The notes under the pieces are model-generated. The model worked only from the letters and a program-made list of their open reading frames with translations. It was not told the DNA's origin and searched no databases. Both the position numbers and the translations under genes were made by a program. This document shows positions 57,639-64,000 of a DNA stretch of 64,000 bases, one piece after another (the stretch's first letter is position 1; each line of letters opens with the position of its first letter). Source of the stretch: Giardia intestinalis (taxonomy: Eukaryota); the NCBI GenBank assembly GCA_000002435.2, contig CM018792.1; one strand, 5' to 3'.

Positions 57639-60600
57639 TCAGAGCGAGCACCTGGCTGCTAGGTCGTAAACGGCCTCCATGACAGCATCGTTTTGGGGAA
57701 CCCCCTTCATCAATCCGGTGGCAGATGACCTTAGGGCAATGATGAGATTGGCTAGCTCATTAGTGTCTTCATTGGCCAAAAGCGTGAAGCGAATCGTGTA
57801 TCCATAAACCTCCAGCTCGTCAAGGAGGACTGCTCGGAGCTCTGCAAGGGGCTCTAGGTCTAAGGCTAGAGCACCAACATCAATGACGTTGGCCATTATT
57901 TCTAAAAGACCGTGGGGAAGGACAGGGATGGCTTCTGTCGGAAGCATAGTCGATTCCAATACAACGTTAGAGGCAGAAATCCCGCTCTGGTACTCCTTGA
58001 AGTACGCTGATAACCCGGCTACACTCTGTGTAAGAGATGGATGGAATATGACTACCCTGGAAATCTCGGCGGGTGTCAGATCTCTAAGCTCAAAGAGTGC
58101 AAAGCTGTACCGCACAAAACTCGACCAATCGTGGTACTTGGCCATCACCGTTGCAGCCTGCCTAACCTTCACCGGTAAAGAGACCAGCTCTTCGTTAATT
58201 GAGCGACGCCTGTCCTTGAACGACTGGATTGCCAAGCCTGCTTCCTTCGATCTGTAGAAGATTTGGAGGACGCAATCTGCTAAGGTTGCACTTGTCTTGA
58301 CTAGCTGGACCAGAACAAATTCGTGAAGGCTCTTTGCATTGTGTTCTAGAAGGCCAAAAGACACAGGAGTTCCCTGGCCATCTGTGTCTATAGATATTTT
58401 ATAGATGCTACACATTTGGCTAACCAGGCTGCAGATAACGTTGAAGAGATCATACAAACATGGATGAAGAGAGTTGAGCCAAGAAGGGATGTCATTATAT
58501 GTCGAAATTGACAACAGATCAATGTTCGTTTCTCTAGACACCAATGCCGTTTGCAAATAAACACAGAGCGAATCGAGTGATTGAGCCATCGATAAGACCT
58601 CAAAAAGCCGTTCCTGCGTTAATTTAAACTCATCTGACATACTGTTTGAAAGAGGGTCAAGAACAGACCTTACGTTCTTCAGAATACCGTGTGCTATGGG
58701 AAGGTGACTGGTTGTTGTCAGGGTCACGCCGCTCAAGATAGATTCGAAGCCATTCAAGCATGCTTCGCGGAGTTTGGTAAAGCCGGAATTGAATTGTCCA
58801 TCCGCTTTACAAACTGACGAGTATATCTTCCCTATACTTTGCTGCAGCTGCTGACAAACCAGTACCTCATTGTACTCCGACACAAAGTTAGAGTACTCGT
58901 GGAAGGTGAGCAGATAGTAATCAGCTTCAAGAAGGGTCGGGGATTCGTTCCCACGACCGGTGTAAACGTAGAAGAACTTTATAAGGCCAGACATAGCATA
59001 GAGAGCTTCCAAATACGTTCGAATCTTCATTTTCAGATCGGCCGTAACAAGGCTTTTGACACCCCATAGCCCGGTCTCTTTGAGAAATGTAATGAATAGT
59101 ATGAGATCCTCGATTTTTTGTATGCACGCTTTGAAGTACAACTTACAGAGTGTCTTGTGTCTTGCTATTTCCTTCCTGTCGATAGATGAACCAGGCCCTG
59201 AAGAGAGGGTTCCAGAAACCATGAATGCCCTATCACTACTGGTGTGTTCGCGTGCACACCAGATGGGGTCTTCTATATTATTGATAATAGAACGGTCAGT
59301 TATGTGTATAAGAAGCCTCTCCAGATCTGCTGGGACGAGTGTTTGGAACAAGAGGTTGAAAAGAGCATCTCCGCTGCAATATGCACTGTAGGATGCATGG
59401 AGGAGATCGTAGGGCGTGAGCTTCGAGCCGCCAGTTGGGTCTGTGTGCTTTAGGCGCTTTTCTAGGTATTCTCGTCTCGCTCCGTCACCAAGCTTACTAC
59501 ACGAGCCACCATTATGTGAGGTAAAAAGTATATCCATGTTGACGTTCCCAGTCAATGACCTGTCGAGGGGTTCAACTGTGGCACCTTCAGGGGTCTGCCC
59601 AATGGCCTCAATGTAATTACTGAGAGAGCGTAGATAACCCTGGTTTGTTAGGAGAAGAATGCTGGTAAGGTGGACTGTCTTGATGAGCCGCAGCTTGCGA
59701 TGGATGGCTCGCCGAGATGCGAATCCGTAGGAACTGATGGATCCTGCGCCTTGTGGAAATGAAAAATTGCGACCAGTAAAGCGCTCTGAGCCATACGGCT
59801 TGAGCTGCACAACGGCTTGCGAGTCATAAATATTATCAATATTTCTGCAAGTCATATCGCTCCTGCTCATTCCTTGGGACTTTAGAACGGATGCCACAGG
59901 CACACGAGTGAGCATAAGGTCATCAAATGCTTTCCCGGTGAGTCCAAGCCTGTTTGTAAAGGCCATATTTTTCCTCTGTGAAGCGTGGACGGTAAGTAAG
60001 TTTGGTAATGATCCGTAATAGAGCACAGTATACCGCTTGAGAAGTTCGCTCCTGATGCTGTGTGCCATCCGTGCTTTAGTTGATCTAAGTCCGTGTAACA
60101 CGGAAGTTACCTTATGCATTAGGCTAGGATCAATGGGGGTGTTGAAAAGGGATTCAACAAATTGGGGCAATTCATCCCTGTACTGCAGGAAGTAGTCTCC
60201 CGGCTTGTTATAAATGTAAACATGAGAGCTTGTCCCTGGAGAACCATATGCCAGGGCCAAGGCTTGTGGAGAGAGATCTGAAATTCCAGACAACACTCTC
60301 GTGCACAACACCCGGCTTCCTGTCACTACGTATCCTACTTTGCTATTTAAGAGGGGGATATCTAGGCTTGGGCGTCTAGAGTAGAAGTCGGCAAGAGGGA
60401 AGTTTTCGACAGAATAGTTGAACATATCGATAACTAAATCTTTAAGCGCCTCTGACTTGAATCTTCTACTGTGCTTCGTCTGCTTAGAGAAGAGCTTGTC
60501 GGAGACAGGGATATGGGATATCATCATTGTACCTGAGTGCATATGAGCGTCGTCGAGGCCGGGGCCTTCAACGGGCATCTCAGATACTCGTCCTTCTTTG

Positions 60601-62798
60601 CGCTGAACTAAAGGGTTGAGCAGGATATCAGCCACAATCACATTTGTGTGATGATTGTAATAAAGAAGGGAATATGTGACCGAGCCCTCTTGTGGACAAT
60701 TATCAATCAAGCGAAGATTCTTGCTCTCTGATAGGGCTATAACTGAATATAGAAGAATGACGGAGTTCTTATCTATAACGTTACAATCTGACATCGTTAT
60801 ATAAGCGCGTTCATCTTCATAGTCTATGTGTGGGATTGTTTCTGTGGCACAGGAAACGTACCTAGTTCCGGGGAAAAGAGTAGATAGCTCGTCTGCCCGA
60901 ATAATTGCCTGTGATGAGAACACCATTGAGGACGTATCGCACACTCTCAATCCAACAGAATCAGGAGGCCTGTCAATTAAGCCATAGAAGCAGAGTCTGT
61001 CGTAAGCCTCCTTCGATAGTTCACCAGCGATAGGCTGTTCTTTATCGGCCCTGCTTTTGCTGGCAAACAGAGACTGCTTAATGTCACCTTTGGCAAGGCT
61101 CTCTGGCCGGTAACTTGCTCCATAATATTTAACGTTAGAGAGAAACCTTCGACCATACCTAGTCAACGCATTTATAACCGGAATTCTCTTCTTGAGCAGA
61201 ACAATTCTGTCTTCATAGATAATCAATACTTGCCCGTTGATAGCCGTGGAAGTTGTTTCCAAGTCGGTAACCCTGATGCGGAGAACTGGATCCAAGGTAA
61301 GAAAGTTAGAGACCCAGGCATCATTGGGTATTTCTGGAAAGTAGACTCTAGCATTGTTTTTATACTCTTTATAGATCCCGCCTTGGTCTAGCTCTGATTG
61401 ATGCAGCGACCTAAATTGCTCGCCTTGTGGATCATATAGCTGTACGCCATCGACATTAGTCAACTCCAGTGGGTTGAGCAGGTTGTTGCGACGAAGCTGT
61501 TCGTGTTCTTCAGCCCATCTTCCCAGCCGCCTCTTGCCCTCGATTTGTTGGGGCTTCAGTCCGATGCTTCTTTGAAGATGCGTGCGCTTAGGAGGCTTCA
61601 TGAGCTTTAGAAGCTCCTTCTCACCGCCGGTCTTGGTCAGGACATGTCCTGCCTCCTTCATTTGAAGAAGCACCTGGCGCTTTAGTGCAATGGGATACGC
61701 AAGCCTGTCAACCTCCGTATAGCCAGAAAAGAACTCGCGCATCTGTTCCAGCAGAGAGTGCGCTGTTTTTCGACCTCCTAAAGATCTTGTGGGGAAGGGC
61801 TCGTCAACCAGTTCAAGAGTGCAGGAAGAGTAAGGAACATTGTATGCCCGTATCCCCAGCTTATTGCTGCCCAAGAGGCTGTTTCGCCCAACAGTCATAC
61901 TGATTGCTGAATTTGTTTGCGAAATAGGACTGGCCCTGGTTGGCATTCCCGTTAGCATCCCTTTACAAAACTGTGCCACTGCCACCTTTGTCCGCTTGAT
62001 AATTCCTCTCTGTGGAGCCATGGGATCAGCCTTATGAAAGGATCCGAGCCAACTACTTGCTTGGAGCCTGAGTGACTTGCGCTCTTTGACACTGACCGCA
62101 GACATGGGGGCCCGCTTGGAAATCTCAAAGTCCAGCTGCTCATCAATCCTCAGTGTGACCCTCAGAATGCGCCCAAGGCTGGTGCCAATAAGCAAAGTTA
62201 CTCGTAATGCTTTAGAGCTCCTGGATGCATGCGGAGGATCGGGCAGTATGCCTGCTCCAGCGGTTTCGGCCGCCGTTACAAATTCTGTGGGATAGAGATT
62301 CAAATAATTACATAATCTGCTACGGACGAGACACAGGCGGTCCCGTCTAAAGTCCTTTTGAAGGTCGCTAAAGCAGAGAAGAAACCCATCTGTCGTGATA
62401 GCCACAGCCGTCTGAGGAAGGTCGGCCATGATTCCAGGAAAGACTGACTCAAAGGTAAACACAAAGGGATTGCTGGGGTAAGCGGTTGACGGTACAGCGT
62501 CCGGTCCTAGCAAAAATTCATTGTTATTACCGTTGTGAACCTGGTTGGCCAGCAAAGGATCACCGAGAGCCTCATCTGCGGGGCTGAAGGGTGATGTTTC
62601 CAGAATAAGAAGGCGCTGTGGCGTTGCATCTATCGAACTATAGAGGATAGTCCTGTATCTAGAGGCTATGGAAATACAAAGAGTTGATCTGTCAATGGAC
62701 GTGCGGCACTGGTCCATTGTGAGATTGAGCGTCTCCATGTATGACAGCACTAACTGCGGCGGCTCATATAGGTCTCTTTCGCGGGTCCTAATGCTCAT
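57639..62798 (-). CDS. very large hypothetical protein (1719 aa), no domain recognised
   Basis: Uninterrupted 5.2-kb ORF with an ATG start. Mixed alpha/beta composition, no repeats, no nucleotide-binding motifs that I can see. Confidence 0.55.
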   Translation of the reverse strand: MSIRTRERDLYEPPQLVLSYMETLNLTMDQCRTSIDRSTLCISIASRYRTILYSSIDATPQRLLILETSPFSPADEALGDPLLANQVHNGNNNEFLLGPDAVPSTAYPSNPFVFTFESVFPGIMADLPQTAVAITTDGFLLCFSDLQKDFRRDRLCLVRSRLCNYLNLYPTEFVTAAETAGAGILPDPPHASRSSKALRVTLLIGTSLGRILRVTLRIDEQLDFEISKRAPMSAVSVKERKSLRLQASSWLGSFHKADPMAPQRGIIKRTKVAVAQFCKGMLTGMPTRASPISQTNSAISMTVGRNSLLGSNKLGIRAYNVPYSSCTLELVDEPFPTRSLGGRKTAHSLLEQMREFFSGYTEVDRLAYPIALKRQVLLQMKEAGHVLTKTGGEKELLKLMKPPKRTHLQRSIGLKPQQIEGKRRLGRWAEEHEQLRRNNLLNPLELTNVDGVQLYDPQGEQFRSLHQSELDQGGIYKEYKNNARVYFPEIPNDAWVSNFLTLDPVLRIRVTDLETTSTAINGQVLIIYEDRIVLLKKRIPVINALTRYGRRFLSNVKYYGASYRPESLAKGDIKQSLFASKSRADKEQPIAGELSKEAYDRLCFYGLIDRPPDSVGLRVCDTSSMVFSSQAIIRADELSTLFPGTRYVSCATETIPHIDYEDERAYITMSDCNVIDKNSVILLYSVIALSESKNLRLIDNCPQEGSVTYSLLYYNHHTNVIVADILLNPLVQRKEGRVSEMPVEGPGLDDAHMHSGTMMISHIPVSDKLFSKQTKHSRRFKSEALKDLVIDMFNYSVENFPLADFYSRRPSLDIPLLNSKVGYVVTGSRVLCTRVLSGISDLSPQALALAYGSPGTSSHVYIYNKPGDYFLQYRDELPQFVESLFNTPIDPSLMHKVTSVLHGLRSTKARMAHSIRSELLKRYTVLYYGSLPNLLTVHASQRKNMAFTNRLGLTGKAFDDLMLTRVPVASVLKSQGMSRSDMTCRNIDNIYDSQAVVQLKPYGSERFTGRNFSFPQGAGSISSYGFASRRAIHRKLRLIKTVHLTSILLLTNQGYLRSLSNYIEAIGQTPEGATVEPLDRSLTGNVNMDILFTSHNGGSCSKLGDGARREYLEKRLKHTDPTGGSKLTPYDLLHASYSAYCSGDALFNLLFQTLVPADLERLLIHITDRSIINNIEDPIWCAREHTSSDRAFMVSGTLSSGPGSSIDRKEIARHKTLCKLYFKACIQKIEDLILFITFLKETGLWGVKSLVTADLKMKIRTYLEALYAMSGLIKFFYVYTGRGNESPTLLEADYYLLTFHEYSNFVSEYNEVLVCQQLQQSIGKIYSSVCKADGQFNSGFTKLREACLNGFESILSGVTLTTTSHLPIAHGILKNVRSVLDPLSNSMSDEFKLTQERLFEVLSMAQSLDSLCVYLQTALVSRETNIDLLSISTYNDIPSWLNSLHPCLYDLFNVICSLVSQMCSIYKISIDTDGQGTPVSFGLLEHNAKSLHEFVLVQLVKTSATLADCVLQIFYRSKEAGLAIQSFKDRRRSINEELVSLPVKVRQAATVMAKYHDWSSFVRYSFALFELRDLTPAEISRVVIFHPSLTQSVAGLSAYFKEYQSGISASNVVLESTMLPTEAIPVLPHGLLEIMANVIDVGALALDLEPLAELRAVLLDELEVYGYTIRFTLLANEDTNELANLIIALRSSATGLMKGVPQNDAVMEAVYDLAARCSL

Positions 62799-62864
62799 CA
62801 GTACAAGATTTAATTTTTCTATTGCAGGCGTTCCATGGACAACAAAAAATTAAATAAAAATCCC

Positions 62865-64000
62865 ATGCCAAGTGGAGCATTTTCTTTCTCACAGAAAAGC
62901 GAAATCAACGAGCACGAATATCCACAAGATAAGATAACTCATTACATTTTTGGGCAGTGCATAGGGAGAGGGTCCTTTGGGTCTGTTTATTATTGCCTCC
63001 ACCGCGAATCGCGGAATGAATTTGCAGCCAAAATTATGTCTAAACGGTATCTGTCTAAGAGGTTCTTCATCAGAGAGTTCAATACCCAGGGTTCAGAGCC
63101 TTTATCAGGCTCAGACGACGCGGGGCAGGCAAGGGCTGGTGCCTCTAACCAGGACACCATCCTCTCTTATTTGGACCTTGCATATCAAGAGATAGAGGTT
63201 ATGAAAACCTTTCGCCACCCATGCTTGCTCAGACTCTACGAGGTCATCCAGTCGACTGAGCTGGATAAGCTTCTCATGATTATGGACCTTGCTGAGGGAC
63301 CTATTTCATCTGTGGCGCCTAACGCGTCTCACGTGAATAGTAACGTAGTAGGAATGCTACGATGTATTTACAACTCTACCGACCTTGACAACTTGCTAGA
63401 GTATTCCTCTCTCTGCTGCACTCCAATGTCTCTTTCATTTCTCCGGAAGGCAATCCTCCACATCACTCTTGGTCTCTATGCTCTCCACTCCAAGGATTAT
63501 GTCCACGCAGACATAAAGGCCGCAAACGTTCTCCGTCTGGCCAACGGTAACTTTGTGTTGGGAGACTTCTCTCTCACTAACCACGTTAGCGTAACACGTA
63601 CCATGTCTACGGTTGTTTCTGCAGCATATGCCTCTCCTGACAACCGCGGGTTGACTAAGGAGAATGACGTTTGGGCTTTTGGGGTGACTCTATTCATGCT
63701 CCTCTTTGGCCGCCATCCTGCATCGCTTTGCCTGCATATCCTTGTCAGCAAGCTCCCGCCACCGGAGGATGGTGGCATAATTATTTCTCCTAATCCACTA
63801 AAGCGGCTAAATCATTGGAGTGACGTATTACGCGAGGCTCCCGACGCCCTCACCAACATCCTGAATGTCAACACGGCATCCCCACATGCAACCGTAATAC
63901 AGATTATTGTGGGGTGCTTGGAACTAGACTACAAAAAGCGTTTTACGGTTCCGATGATTTACGACCTAATTATAGGGGATCATATCAAGAATACGTGCTA
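62865..64000 (+). CDS. Ser/Thr protein kinase, CaMKK-like insert between beta3 and alphaC; 3' end runs past the window
   Basis: Not in the ORF track because no stop falls inside the window. Frame 0 from ATG 62865 gives IGRGSFGSVYYC (Gly loop), EFAAKIM (VAIK), an insert, YQEIEVMKTFRHPCLLRLYEV (alphaC/beta4), HADIKAANVL (catalytic loop, HRD as HAD), GDFSL (DFG as DFS), and DVWAFGVTLFMLLFG. Confidence 0.6.
   Translation, partial: MPSGAFSFSQKSEINEHEYPQDKITHYIFGQCIGRGSFGSVYYCLHRESRNEFAAKIMSKRYLSKRFFIREFNTQGSEPLSGSDDAGQARAGASNQDTILSYLDLAYQEIEVMKTFRHPCLLRLYEVIQSTELDKLLMIMDLAEGPISSVAPNASHVNSNVVGMLRCIYNSTDLDNLLEYSSLCCTPMSLSFLRKAILHITLGLYALHSKDYVHADIKAANVLRLANGNFVLGDFSLTNHVSVTRTMSTVVSAAYASPDNRGLTKENDVWAFGVTLFMLLFGRHPASLCLHILVSKLPPPEDGGIIISPNPLKRLNHWSDVLREAPDALTNILNVNTASPHATVIQIIVGCLELDYKKRFTVPMIYDLIIGDHIKNTC

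Noticed and set aside
1-64000. Prokaryotic-style system (operon, CRISPR, defence island, mobile element)
   Set aside because: Gene architecture is eukaryotic (histone H3, nucleoporins, ribosomal e-type proteins, AGTAAA poly(A) signals). No direct-repeat arrays, IS-like inverted terminal repeats, integrase or transposase genes were seen.
1-64000. Giardia variant-specific surface proteins (VSP) or high-cysteine membrane proteins
   Set aside because: No CXXC-rich ORF with a C-terminal CRGKA tail is present. The only Cys-rich ORFs are a zinc-knuckle protein and a small zinc-ribbon-like protein.

Overview
The window reads as a gene-dense, intron-less eukaryotic chromosome segment, almost certainly from the diplomonad Giardia intestinalis. 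The signatures that point there are: (i) an exact match to the Giardia histone promoter 'him' motif G[AG]GCGCAGATTT[ACG]GG upstream of a divergent histone H3 gene; (ii) AGTAAA-type poly(A) signals that often overlap the stop codon; (iii) A-rich initiators (AAAAATG) with 0-10 nt leaders; (iv) head-to-head and tail-to-tail genes only 7-50 bp apart; and (v) the characteristic gene content: Protein 21.1-type ankyrin-repeat proteins, a NEK-type pseudokinase, long coiled-coil proteins and divergent ribosomal protein genes. I recognise about 32 protein-coding genes, with coding density above 85%. The ORF track uses TTG/GTG starts in places, so I moved starts to the first in-frame ATG where needed. 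Genes with a recognisable product are: an SF3b2/Cus1 splicing factor; an 82-aa Nas2/PSMD9 N-domain mini-protein; a site-2 (M50) intramembrane metalloprotease; a large K+ channel with an SIGYGD pore loop; an XPG/Rad2 nuclease; histone H3; an FG-repeat protein with a RanBD; a Nup155/Nup170-like nucleoporin; an ABCC/MRP transporter; RPL38e; RPS21e; a six-knuckle CCHC protein; and a kinase with a beta3-alphaC insert that reminded me of CaMKK. Things I think deserve a second look are: a decayed NEK-ankyrin gene; two same-frame ORFs separated only by an in-frame TGA; internal ~124-bp coding repeats in a coiled-coil gene; a tandem pair of ~235-aa proteins with similar sequence pattern (possible paralogues); three nuclear-transport genes (Nup155-like, FG/RanBD, LisH) within about 25 kb; and three unusually long non-coding gaps that could hold ncRNAs. 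I found no prokaryotic-style system (CRISPR, operons, mobile elements), no rRNA or tRNA genes, and no VSP/HCMP surface-antigen genes.
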